A stretch of 41,802 nt of DNA, taken from the IMG/VR virus record IMGVR_UViG_3300045988_137960; one strand, 5' to 3'. Under the pieces are notes generated by a model. The model was not told the DNA's origin. It made no database searches and was given only the letters and a program-made list of their open reading frames with translations. Origin of the DNA: a virus. Shown piece after piece: positions 33,580 to 40,830 of this stretch; positions within the stretch are counted from its first letter, which is position 1, and every line of letters begins with the position of its first letter. The position numbers were made by a program, and so were the translations under genes.

Positions 33580-34017
33580 CTACTCGTTCCCTGTGCTGCC
33601 ATAGCCGCCCTCGCCGCGCTCAGACTCGGCCTCGAACTCATCGACCTCGGTGAAGTCGGCAAGCTCGCACTTGATGATGAGAAGCTGGCAGACACGGTCG
33701 TGGGGTCGGATGGTGTAGTCGCGGTCGCCGAGGTTCACCAGAGCCGCCTTGTTGGGACCCTGGTAGCCGGAGTCGATGACCCCGATACCGTTCGCGAGCG
33801 TGATACCGTGCTTGCACCCGAGTCCCGAGCGTGCGGCGAGGATGCCGACGTAGCCCTCCGGAATGTCGCACGAGGCACCGAGGTCGACCCACTTGATCTT
33901 CCCCTTCGGGATGGTCAGGGGTTCCTCGATGTTGGCCCGCATGTCAGCGCCGGCGTCCGCGGCGTGCATACGCTTGGGCATGAATCGCCTGTTGGCGACC
34001 TTGCACTCGATGTTCAC
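33580..34017 (-). CDS. dut: dUTP diphosphatase
   Basis: DAGADM...ARSGLG...GVIDSGYQG...ERGEGGYGSTG are the classic trimeric dUTPase motifs. Confidence 0.9.
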   Translation of the reverse strand: MNIECKVANRRFMPKRMHAADAGADMRANIEEPLTIPKGKIKWVDLGASCDIPEGYVGILAARSGLGCKHGITLANGIGVIDSGYQGPNKAALVNLGDRDYTIRPHDRVCQLLIIKCELADFTEVDEFEAESERGEGGYGSTGNE

Positions 34018-34466
34018 TGTTCTGCTCCTGTCGATATGAGGACCCCGTCGCGCATCGCGGCAAGGCCCTCGCTGTCAATCCTGTCGAACGCGACCGACTC
34101 AATCGAGCGGACCGCGTCGTATTCTGTCCCCGTCGTCTCGGCGATGTCGCGCCACGGCATGAGCTGTAGGTACCTCATGCGCAGGACAGCCGCACCGTTC
34201 GGGTCGATTGCCGCATAGCCGTTGAGAACGCTGCTCGCATCTAGCACGAGGCGGGTGTCCTGCCTGCGCTCGCGCTCCGACTCTGCCTCGAACTCCATGA
34301 GGTCGTCTATTCGCCTCGACGGGTCGGTGACGCCACCTTTGCCGCGCGGGCCGTCGCTGCGGGCACGCATCACCGACAGCTCGCGCTTCGCCTCGATCCT
34401 TCGCTCGAACTCGACGATTCGCTGCACCGCGTCACGCGCCGCGACGAAGAACTCGCGGGCGTTCAT
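34014..34466 (-). CDS. ArpU/RinA-like or sigma-70 region-4-like late transcription regulator (putative)
   Basis: 150 aa from MNAREFF. The C-terminus AAVLRMRYLQLMPWRDIAETTGTEYDAVRSIESVAFDRI resembles a sigma region-4 HTH. Confidence 0.5.
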   Translation of the reverse strand: MNAREFFVAARDAVQRIVEFERRIEAKRELSVMRARSDGPRGKGGVTDPSRRIDDLMEFEAESERERRQDTRLVLDASSVLNGYAAIDPNGAAVLRMRYLQLMPWRDIAETTGTEYDAVRSIESVAFDRIDSEGLAAMRDGVLISTGAEQ

Positions 34467-34621
34467 TCCGTACCATCGCCCTCGAGCGGCTTGGCCCTGA
34501 ACGCGAGCGTGAACTCGCGCTCGACCGTCTCGCACTTGTGCTCGCAGGCGACGCACACCTTGAAGTCGTCCCTGTCGAGATGGCGCTCGCCGTCACGCAG
34601 GGGGCACTTTTCGCTATCCAA
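34463..34621 (-). CDS. Small zinc-ribbon-like protein (52 aa, TTG start)
   Basis: AGGAGG-N4-TTG. DSEKCPLRDGERHLDRDDFKVCVACEHKCETVE... Confidence 0.35.
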   Translation of the reverse strand: MDSEKCPLRDGERHLDRDDFKVCVACEHKCETVEREFTLAFRAKPLEGDGTE

Positions 34622-34629
34622 GCGCCCTC

Positions 34630-34875
34630 CTATCTGTACTCCTCGAACTGCTCGCAGGGTTCATGCCCCTCCTCGATGCAGTTCTCGATAATCCACTTGA
34701 CCGTGCGCCTGCTGGTCACAGGCTCGCCAAAGGCATCGCTCGCCTCGAGCCAGTCGTCGTAGTCGAGGGCGCAGAAGCCCGTTCCGCTCTCGCCGATGAA
34801 GCAGAAGTGGCGGCAGGAGCCGCACTCCTCCTGCCCATCGGGGATGTCGGGAGCGCCGTCGCGCTCAAGGTTCAT
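34630..34875 (-). CDS. Small Cys-rich acidic protein
   Basis: 81 aa, ...CGSCRHFCFIGESGTGFCALDYDDW... Confidence 0.45.
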   Translation of the reverse strand: MNLERDGAPDIPDGQEECGSCRHFCFIGESGTGFCALDYDDWLEASDAFGEPVTSRRTVKWIIENCIEEGHEPCEQFEEYR

Positions 34876-34883
34876 CTGGCCCC

Positions 34884-35318
34884 CTAGAAATCAAAAGGGA
34901 TGTCGTCGTAGGCATCCTTCGCGCTCCACTGCTGCTGGGGCTGCTCCTGCTGGAAGCCGCGGTCGGCCGGCGCTCCAGCCGCCTCGCGGTCGCTGTGGCT
35001 CATGAACTCGATCTCGTCGACGACGACCTCGAGCTTCGAGCGGCGCTGGCCGTCCTTCTCCCAAGAGCTGTAGCGCAGCTTGCCCTCGATAGCGACCTTG
35101 TTGCCCTTTGCCAGGAAGCGGCCCACCGCCTCGGCTCGCGCACCGAACATGGTGCAGTCGACGAAGTTGGGATAGTCCTCCCATTCGCCGGTCTGATTGT
35201 TCTTTCGCCTGTCGTTGACGGCGATGCCGAACGACAGGACGCTGGTTCCGCCCGCGGTGGAGCGGAGTTCGGGGTCGCGGGTGAGGTTGCCGCTGAGGAT
35301 GCACCTGTTAATGGACAT
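34884..35318 (-). CDS. ssb: Single-stranded DNA-binding protein
   Basis: MSINRCILSGNLTRDPELR... (OB fold) with an acidic C-terminal tail DDIPFDF. Confidence 0.9.
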   Translation of the reverse strand: MSINRCILSGNLTRDPELRSTAGGTSVLSFGIAVNDRRKNNQTGEWEDYPNFVDCTMFGARAEAVGRFLAKGNKVAIEGKLRYSSWEKDGQRRSKLEVVVDEIEFMSHSDREAAGAPADRGFQQEQPQQQWSAKDAYDDIPFDF

Positions 35319-35622
35319 AGCGGCTCGCAAACTCGAGAACGGCGTCACGCTGGCGCACGCCGAGGCCTCCGATGCGGCGGTTCGGCACGATGCCGGCCTC
35401 CTCCATGAACAGGCGTGCCTTGGCCTTGCCGACGCCGGGGAGCGCCATGAGGAACTGGAGCACGCGCATCTTCTTGGCGTAGGGCAGGTCGATGGCTTCC
35501 CCGGGCTTAAGTTCGCCGCTCTTGATCTGCGAGCGAATCTTGCCGCGCTCGACGCGTGCGACGGCCGCCTTCTCGAGCGCGGCGCGGCGCTGCTCGTCGG
35601 TCATCTGTGGCAGGTTGGACAT
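35308..35622 (-). CDS. Actinobacterial integration host factor (mIHF)-like protein
   Basis: LPQMTDEQRRAALEKAAVAR...LMALPGVGKAKARLFMEEAGIVPNRRIGGLGVRQRDAVLEF parallels mycobacterial mIHF along its whole length. Confidence 0.75.
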   Translation of the reverse strand: MSNLPQMTDEQRRAALEKAAVARVERGKIRSQIKSGELKPGEAIDLPYAKKMRVLQFLMALPGVGKAKARLFMEEAGIVPNRRIGGLGVRQRDAVLEFASRYVH

Positions 35623-35645
35623 TTGTCTCTCCTATCTGTTGTCGG

Positions 35646-36479
35646 CTAGTTAACGTCGATGATTTCGCCGGTTTCGGCGTCGACGTTCGCGGGGACCTCT
35701 ACCGGCTTGGGTGCCAAGGGGTCCTCGAAGATGCGGGTGCCGTCCTCGTCGAGCACGACGGGCGTGCTCTCGTCCTCGGTCACGGCCTTGGCAACCTCGA
35801 CCGAGCGTGGAAGCAGGCCGCGGTTGAAGGCGCGTCGGATGACAGTCTTCTCGGCCATAGCGGCGTAGTCGGACTTCCACGGGCCGCTGGAGCCTGCCTT
35901 TGAGCGCTCCCTGACCGCGTCGACCTCCTTCTTGCTCATCTGGAGGAACACGAGTCCGCCGTCCTTCAGGTGGCACGATAGGTACACTCGCCTGAGCTTC
36001 GAGTCATCGTGGTCGGCATCCAGGTTGGGCCTGTAGGTGAAGTGGACGCCCGTTTCGTCCTCCCAGCTGTCGAACTCGTCGCCCTCGTACACGCACTGCG
36101 TACTGATGGTCTTGACCTGGCCGGAGCGTCGGACAAGCTCCAACATGCCGTTCTTGCCGAGGATGAACTGCGCCTCTTTGCGGTGCGTCTTGCTGTTGTA
36201 GTACGGCAGGATGTATGCGTTGCCCATGATGTCGTTAGGCTCGAGGCCAGTCTCGGCGCACTTGAGGCAGCACCCCAACATACTCTGCGTCGAGCAGTTC
36301 TTAAGGTCCGGTATCTGCTTGTAGGTAGCGATTGCAAGCTGCGTCAGGCGCTCCGGGGTGAAGCCCTTCGGCATGACCGCCTGCAACTGCGGTGCGCATC
36401 GCTTGATTAGCCCGGCGAACGAGTTGTCGGGCTGTTTGGCCTGCTGAATCTCCTGCTTGGCCTGCGTGATTGCTCCCAT
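35646..36479 (-). CDS. recT: RecT-family single-strand annealing protein
   Basis: 277 aa from MGAITQAKQE (AGGAGG RBS), paired with the upstream YqaJ exonuclease. Confidence 0.85.
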   Translation of the reverse strand: MGAITQAKQEIQQAKQPDNSFAGLIKRCAPQLQAVMPKGFTPERLTQLAIATYKQIPDLKNCSTQSMLGCCLKCAETGLEPNDIMGNAYILPYYNSKTHRKEAQFILGKNGMLELVRRSGQVKTISTQCVYEGDEFDSWEDETGVHFTYRPNLDADHDDSKLRRVYLSCHLKDGGLVFLQMSKKEVDAVRERSKAGSSGPWKSDYAAMAEKTVIRRAFNRGLLPRSVEVAKAVTEDESTPVVLDEDGTRIFEDPLAPKPVEVPANVDAETGEIIDVN

Positions 36480-36487
36480 ATGACCTC

Positions 36488-37393
36488 CTAATCCTTCTTT
36501 TTCTCCGCGTACTTGATGTAGCCGCCGCTCGGCTTGCCGTTGCGCATGAAGCGCGTCCACGTGAACTTGCCGTCGGGCGTGACCAGCCCCCGGTCGTCCC
36601 CGATGAGCTGGCACAGCCCGTTTGTGGCGGCCTGGTATCCCTTCTCGGCGTCGTCTCGCACCTTCTTGGCGTCGAGCCACGCAGTCGCCTCGCTTGGCGT
36701 CTCGTTCAGCTCGATAAGCTCGCCGGGTTGCAGGTGCTTCGATGCCAGGGCCTTGAGTTCCGCGCCGATCTCGCCGATTGGCGGCTCGGTGCCGCCCTCG
36801 ACCATCGCCCAGAAGTCGTCGACGGCCCTGTCGACCGCCTTGACGTCGTCCTCGTCGCGCATGACTCGGAACTCCCTGTACTTCTGCCCGCCGATGAGCA
36901 CCGCGACGTCGGCGAACTTTCGCCCGGTCACGCTCATGTAGTGGGTCACCTGAGTCAGGTAGTACAGCGGCACGCCCTCATCCCAGTCGTGCTCCCTGTA
37001 TAGCGACGCCGTCTTTATCTCTAAGATTCCCCATCCGAGTTCGGGGTCCCTGACCTCGTAATCAAGAGAGGCCTGGGCATGAGGGCGTCCGATGCTCCTG
37101 CACACAGCGTTGACTCGTCTGACAGTGCGTCCTGGGTGTAGAGCGGCATAATGGCTGCCGACCACAGGCTCGAGGATATTGCCCCATTGAACCGCCTCGA
37201 CCGTGCTGAGGTCGGCCGGCTGCACGTACCCGAGCTTCTCGGCCCATACCTCGTAAGGCCCTCGATATTGAGACAGCCCCATGATGGCCGCGACGTCAGA
37301 GCCTCCGATTCCGCGGCGGCGCTGCTCGAGCCATTCGTCGCTCCCATCGCACCTGATGAGGTCGAAGACACGCCCCTCTCCTACGACAGGCAC
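36488..37393 (-). CDS. YqaJ/lambda-Exo-type recombination exonuclease
   Basis: SDEWLEQRRRGIGGSDVAAIMGLSQYRGPYEVWAEKLG is the YqaJ N-terminal signature. Confidence 0.85.
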   Translation of the reverse strand: MPVVGEGRVFDLIRCDGSDEWLEQRRRGIGGSDVAAIMGLSQYRGPYEVWAEKLGYVQPADLSTVEAVQWGNILEPVVGSHYAALHPGRTVRRVNAVCRSIGRPHAQASLDYEVRDPELGWGILEIKTASLYREHDWDEGVPLYYLTQVTHYMSVTGRKFADVAVLIGGQKYREFRVMRDEDDVKAVDRAVDDFWAMVEGGTEPPIGEIGAELKALASKHLQPGELIELNETPSEATAWLDAKKVRDDAEKGYQAATNGLCQLIGDDRGLVTPDGKFTWTRFMRNGKPSGGYIKYAEKKKD

Positions 37394-37764
37394 TACTCGT
37401 CCCCGTTGAGAACGTCCTTGGCCATCTCGAGGACGACCTTCTTCTCCTTGGCGATGGCGTCGTCTTCGTCACGCTCCCCGATTACCCCGCGGTGCGCCTT
37501 GGAGACGCAGCCGTAGGCCTCGGCGACGGAACCCTCGTTGAGCACGCCACTCGTGAGGACGGCCTCGCACGCAGCGATGACGGAGAAGAGGTCGATTGCC
37601 ACGCAGAGGTCGACGCCCCTCATATCATCTTTGGTTCCGCCGATGGCAAAGGCGAGCGAGCGGAGGGAGTCCTTGCTCGTGGTGACGACGACCTCGAGCG
37701 CGTCGGCGCTGTCCTCGATGTGGTCCGTCAGGCAGTTATCGCTGAAGTAATGGTTGGTGTTCAT
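37393..37764 (-). CDS. Hypothetical acidic protein (123 aa)
   Basis: In operon context, with ATGA overlap to the upstream gene. Confidence 0.5.
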   Translation of the reverse strand: MNTNHYFSDNCLTDHIEDSADALEVVVTTSKDSLRSLAFAIGGTKDDMRGVDLCVAIDLFSVIAACEAVLTSGVLNEGSVAEAYGCVSKAHRGVIGERDEDDAIAKEKKVVLEMAKDVLNGDE

Positions 37765-38261
37765 TGTTCTTCCTTGTAGATGGGCACGATGGTCACCATC
37801 GCGCCCGGGTCTTGCTTGTCTATGACGATGTCGTCGTGGTGGATGCCGCGGATGTGCTTCTGCGAGTCGTCGTGGATCAGGCCGGCCTTGACAATGCCGT
37901 CGAGAACGAACTTGATCCCCCCCATGATGTTGTCGGGGTCGCGCCTCGCGTTGACCTCGTGCCAGACGATGCGTAGGTCGACCCTTACGTCAGGGGTCTT
38001 CCATCCGGCCTGGAGCGCGGCCTCGTGTGCGTACTCTGCGGCGATTCCCGTGTAGTACTTCTTGAGGTCGTTGCCCTTGAACCGGTTGACGTTCATCGCG
38101 TGCATCCAGTCGTTGATGGATGCCCACGGCTTCTGCACGCCTCCTATCTTCGGAGCGTGGATGAAGAACTCTAGAGGCCTAGCAGGAGGGCAAGCAGGGC
38201 AAATATCAGCGCCCAGCTTGCCACGCCCATGGCGAGCATTAGCAGGAACCAAGGCCCGCAC
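37761..38261 (-). CDS. rusA: RusA-like Holliday junction resolvase
   Basis: NARRDPDNIMGGIKFVLDGIVKAGLIHDDSQ corresponds to the RusA catalytic Asp motifs (RRRDLDN...DAL...DD). GTG start. Confidence 0.7.
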   Translation of the reverse strand: MRALVPANARHGRGKLGADICPACPPARPLEFFIHAPKIGGVQKPWASINDWMHAMNVNRFKGNDLKKYYTGIAAEYAHEAALQAGWKTPDVRVDLRIVWHEVNARRDPDNIMGGIKFVLDGIVKAGLIHDDSQKHIRGIHHDDIVIDKQDPGAMVTIVPIYKEEQ

Positions 38262-38265
38262 CCCC

Positions 38266-38553
38266 TTAAATCGTCTCTATCCATCTGTCCACCTCCAACG
38301 CGCGGATACGCGCCCCGCGCTCGCCGTCAGGCTCGATGAAGTCGATAAGCCCGCGCTCGTTGTCGAGCCTGATGCGGCGCTCGGACACGCCGCTTATCTT
38401 CGCCACCTCGGACACCGTGTACGTCATGCGTGCACCGATGCCGGCGGCGACCGCCGTCTCGATGGTCGGGCTTGACGACGTGCGGCAGTCCATGGCCTGC
38501 TCGACGGCATCCTTGACGACTCCGGCGAGCAGGGCCTCGAGGCTGCTATCCAT
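38266..38553 (-). CDS. Excisionase-type/MerR-like HTH protein (HTH_17-like)
   Basis: YTVSEVAKISGVSERRIRLDNERGLIDFIEP... Confidence 0.55.
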   Translation of the reverse strand: MDSSLEALLAGVVKDAVEQAMDCRTSSSPTIETAVAAGIGARMTYTVSEVAKISGVSERRIRLDNERGLIDFIEPDGERGARIRALEVDRWIETI

Positions 38554-38968
38554 TCGTGACCGTCTCGCAGTACTTCTTGATGATGTTGTTGAAGTTGCCC
38601 TTGTTGCCGTAGACCTTCTTGGCGATGGCCGCGAGCAGGCCCTTCTCCTTGTCGAACTCCTCGCCCTGGCACTTGACGACGGTCTTGGTGCCGTCCTCCC
38701 AGTAGACGATGGTCGCGGGGTCGTGGAAGATGACCTCCTTGATAGCGGTGGAGTCGTTGAGGCTCGGAAGCCCCTTGAGCACGTCGATGATTCCGCGTGG
38801 CTTAAAACGGCACGTATTGAGATCGACCGCGGCCGCGTCTTTCCCCGTAATTTCGAGGGTCAGTAGCGCGTGGGGCGTATCAAAGCGTTCCGGGCACATC
38901 AAATACGCTGCAAAATCGCGGTCCGCCATGAACCCATTGCTGCGCTCGAACTTGTTAAAGAGAATCAA
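38546..38968 (-). CDS. Hypothetical phage protein (140 aa, TTG start)
   Basis: AAGGAGG-N6-TTG. ...TIVYWEDGTKTVVKCQGEEFDKEKGLLAAIAKKVYG. Confidence 0.5.
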   Translation of the reverse strand: MILFNKFERSNGFMADRDFAAYLMCPERFDTPHALLTLEITGKDAAAVDLNTCRFKPRGIIDVLKGLPSLNDSTAIKEVIFHDPATIVYWEDGTKTVVKCQGEEFDKEKGLLAAIAKKVYGNKGNFNNIIKKYCETVTNG

Positions 38969-38979
38969 TTTCGGCCTCC

Positions 38980-39999
38980 TTACTTGACGTCAACGAGCGG
39001 CGTGGAGTTCTCGGGCACGACGACGAGGTTGCCGTTCTTGCCGATGCTCTTGAGCGCGTCGATATAGTTCTGCTGGATAACGTTCTCGTTGAGGGAGTTC
39101 GCTAGGATGGCGTTGGCGTCAGCCTGGCCCTGCGCCTCGATCTTCTTGGTTTCGGCCTCGACCTTGGCAGTCTCCTGCTTGTTCTGAGCCTTCTGCTTCG
39201 CGACCTCGGCGGCCTGAGCCTCGCTGTAGCTCTTGGTGATGTTCTTCGGGTAGCGGACGTCCTGCACGCTCACCTGCTCGACCATGAGGCCCATGCCGTC
39301 CCACTTCTCGGTGAGGGCCTTCTGCACGGCCTTGGTGAACTGCGAGCGGTCGGTGAGCATAGTCACCGTGTCGAACTTGCCGGACACCTCGCGGGTGACG
39401 GCGCGGACGTCGTTGGAGATGTACTTCTCGACGAAAGACTCCTGCGTACCGTACTCGCTGTAGAGCGTGAGCGCGGCGTCGGGGTTGAGCGAGTAGTTGA
39501 CCTGGATGTCGATGTTCGCGCTAGCGCCGGACTTGTCGTTGATGGTCACCTGCTTGCCGTCGTAGGAGCCGCCGTTCACCTTGTAGTCGGTGTCCCCGTA
39601 GAAGTTGATGAGGTTGTTGCGGGTGTCGTAGGTGATGACGTTTTGCCACGGGGCCTTCCCGTGGAAGCCGGCCTCGGACGTGGAGCCTGCGAGCGAGCCG
39701 CCGATATTGCGGATGACGCAGACCTCGCCGGTGTCCTGCGAGTAGAAGCATCCGGTGGCCGCGATGACGGCCGCGAGCGCGATGACGGCGAGGCCACCTG
39801 CGACCGGCACGGTTGCGGGTTCATCGGGCCTTCTGGGCTTATAGCAGCGATTGCGGTCCTCGTACTCCTTGAGGGCCTCGAGGTACTCCTCGTTCTTGCG
39901 CTCGTACTCCTCTCGCTCGCGCTTGTTATGCGAGTGCGCAACCACGCACTTGGCGGCACCCGCGATACCGAGTCCGGCGCAGATGATGAGTCGAATCAT
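38980..39999 (-). CDS. SPFH/Band-7 (prohibitin/HflC-like) membrane protein
   Basis: 339 aa with an N-terminal TM, a charged linker and a second TM. An SPFH body follows (VIRNIGG...ITYDTR...VQDVRYP) and then an Ala/Lys/Gln-rich coiled coil. Confidence 0.8.
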   Translation of the reverse strand: MIRLIICAGLGIAGAAKCVVAHSHNKREREEYERKNEEYLEALKEYEDRNRCYKPRRPDEPATVPVAGGLAVIALAAVIAATGCFYSQDTGEVCVIRNIGGSLAGSTSEAGFHGKAPWQNVITYDTRNNLINFYGDTDYKVNGGSYDGKQVTINDKSGASANIDIQVNYSLNPDAALTLYSEYGTQESFVEKYISNDVRAVTREVSGKFDTVTMLTDRSQFTKAVQKALTEKWDGMGLMVEQVSVQDVRYPKNITKSYSEAQAAEVAKQKAQNKQETAKVEAETKKIEAQGQADANAILANSLNENVIQQNYIDALKSIGKNGNLVVVPENSTPLVDVK

Positions 40000-40030
40000 T
40001 TAGTTGTCCTTAGTTTGTAGGCTTGGAAAA

Positions 40031-40116
40031 TGGCAGGCGCGGAGGGACTCGAACCCCCATCGGCGTTACCGCCACAGTTTTGGAGACTGCTGCTCTACCG
40101 GTTGAGCTACGCGCCT
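40031..40116 (-). tRNA. tRNA-Trp: tRNA-Trp(CCA), 86 nt including CCA, with an unusual long variable arm
   Basis: AGGCGCG-TA-GCTC-AACCGGTA-GAGC-A-GCAGT-CTCCAAA-ACTGT-[GGCGGTAACGCCGAT]-GGGGG-TTCGAGT-CCCTC-CGCGCCT-G-CCA. A1:U72 and G73 match bacterial tRNA-Trp. Confidence 0.8.
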
Positions 40117-40117
40117 G

Positions 40118-40191
40118 TGGAGTGCTGCCCAGGAGTCGCACCTGGTTTCACGGAGTTGCAGTCCGCCGCCTAGCTGTTCGGCCAGCAGCAC
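40118..40191 (-). tRNA. tRNA-Cys: tRNA-Cys(GCA)
   Basis: Acceptor GTGCTGC/GCAGCAC, discriminator U, anticodon loop CTGCAAC. The T-loop is TGCGACT (non-consensus position 55). Confidence 0.8.
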
Positions 40192-40192
40192 A

Positions 40193-40269
40193 TGGAGTCG
40201 CCAGAGGGAATCGAACCCCCAACACGCGGTTTAGGAAACCGCCGCTCTATCCCATTGAGCTATGACGAC
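40193..40269 (-). tRNA. tRNA-Arg: tRNA-Arg(CCT)
   Basis: Acceptor GTCGTCA/TGGCGAC, anticodon loop TTCCTAA, T-loop TTCGATT. Confidence 0.85.
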
Positions 40270-40274
40270 GAAAA

Positions 40275-40360
40275 TGGTGCCGCATCTAGGTAATGCTCCC
40301 AGCCAGCCAATAGGCACCTGATTTACAGTCAGGCCCCCGTCTTTAGGGGAATACTGCGGC
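40275..40360 (-). tRNA. tRNA-Tyr: tRNA-Tyr(GTA)-like type II tRNA with non-canonical D and T loops
   Basis: Acceptor GCCGCAG/ATGCGGC (7:66 mismatch), A73-CCA. Anticodon arm CCTGA-CTGTAAA-TCAGG, variable arm GCC-TATT-GGC. The T-loop is AGCATTA, and the D-loop TAAAGAC has no GG. Confidence 0.6.
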
Positions 40361-40364
40361 AGTG

Positions 40365-40455
40365 TGGAGGAGGGTGTGGGAGTCGAACCCACGGATCGCT
40401 ATCAACGACCGGCTGTTTTCTAGACAGCTGCAATAAGCCTCTCTGCCAACCCTCC
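40365..40455 (-). tRNA. tRNA-Ser: Type II tRNA with anticodon AGA (formally tRNA-Ser)
   Basis: Acceptor GGAGGGT/ACCCTCC, discriminator U. Anticodon arm GCTGT-CTAGAAA-ACAGC, 19-nt variable arm, T-loop TTCGACT. Confidence 0.7.
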
Positions 40456-40457
40456 GT

Positions 40458-40546
40458 TGGCGGAGCATGTAGGACTTGCACCTACGGGCCTCGTATGAGG
40501 TCTACGGGTTAGCAACCCGCTGCGGTAGCTACTGCGCCAATGCTCC
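40458..40546 (-). tRNA. tRNA-Ser: tRNA-Ser(GCT)
   Basis: Acceptor GGAGCAT/ATGCTCC, G73. Anticodon loop TTGCTAA, 18-nt variable arm, T-loop TGCAAGT. Confidence 0.8.
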
Positions 40547-40550
40547 GAAA

Positions 40551-40625
40551 TGGTTGTCGCGGTAGGTGCTGACCCTACGACCTCCCCGTTATCAACAGGG
40601 TGCTCTACCGTTGAGCTACGCGACA
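40551..40625 (-). tRNA. tRNA-Ile: tRNA-Ile(GAT)
   Basis: Acceptor TGTCGCG/CGCGACA, A73. Anticodon loop TTGATAA, T-loop GTCAGCA. Confidence 0.8.
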
Positions 40626-40626
40626 G

Positions 40627-40700
40627 TGGAGCCGCCTGCGGGAATCGAACCCGCATAACCGATTTGGAAGACCGGTGTTCTACCTTTGAACCAAGGCGGC
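40627..40700 (-). tRNA. tRNA-Gly: tRNA-Gly(TCC)
   Basis: Acceptor GCCGCCT/AGGCGGC, U73. Anticodon loop CTTCCAA, T-loop TTCGATT. Confidence 0.9.
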
Positions 40701-40701
40701 G

Positions 40702-40777
40702 TGGCTTGCGCGGCAGGCCTCGAACCTGCGACCTCCCGGTTAACGGCCGGGTGCTCTACCAACTGAGCTACACGCAA
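40702..40777 (-). tRNA. tRNA-Asn: tRNA-Asn(GTT)
   Basis: Acceptor TTGCGTG/CGCGCAA, G73. The anticodon loop CCGTTAA has C rather than U at position 33. T-loop TTCGAGG. Confidence 0.8.
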
Positions 40778-40778
40778 A

Positions 40779-40826
40779 TGGTGGGGCAAACAATACGGAG
40801 GCAATACATCTCCGCTGGGTTGCCCC
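40779..40826 (-). ncRNA. 48-nt tRNA-like minihelix (acceptor stem plus one hairpin plus ACCA) embedded in the tRNA array
   Basis: GGGGCAA-CCCAG-CGGAG-ATGTATTGC-CTCCG-TATTGT-TTGCCCC-A-CCA has a 7-bp acceptor stem, a single 5-bp stem with a 9-nt loop, and no D or T arms. Confidence 0.5.
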
Positions 40827-40830
40827 GTGT

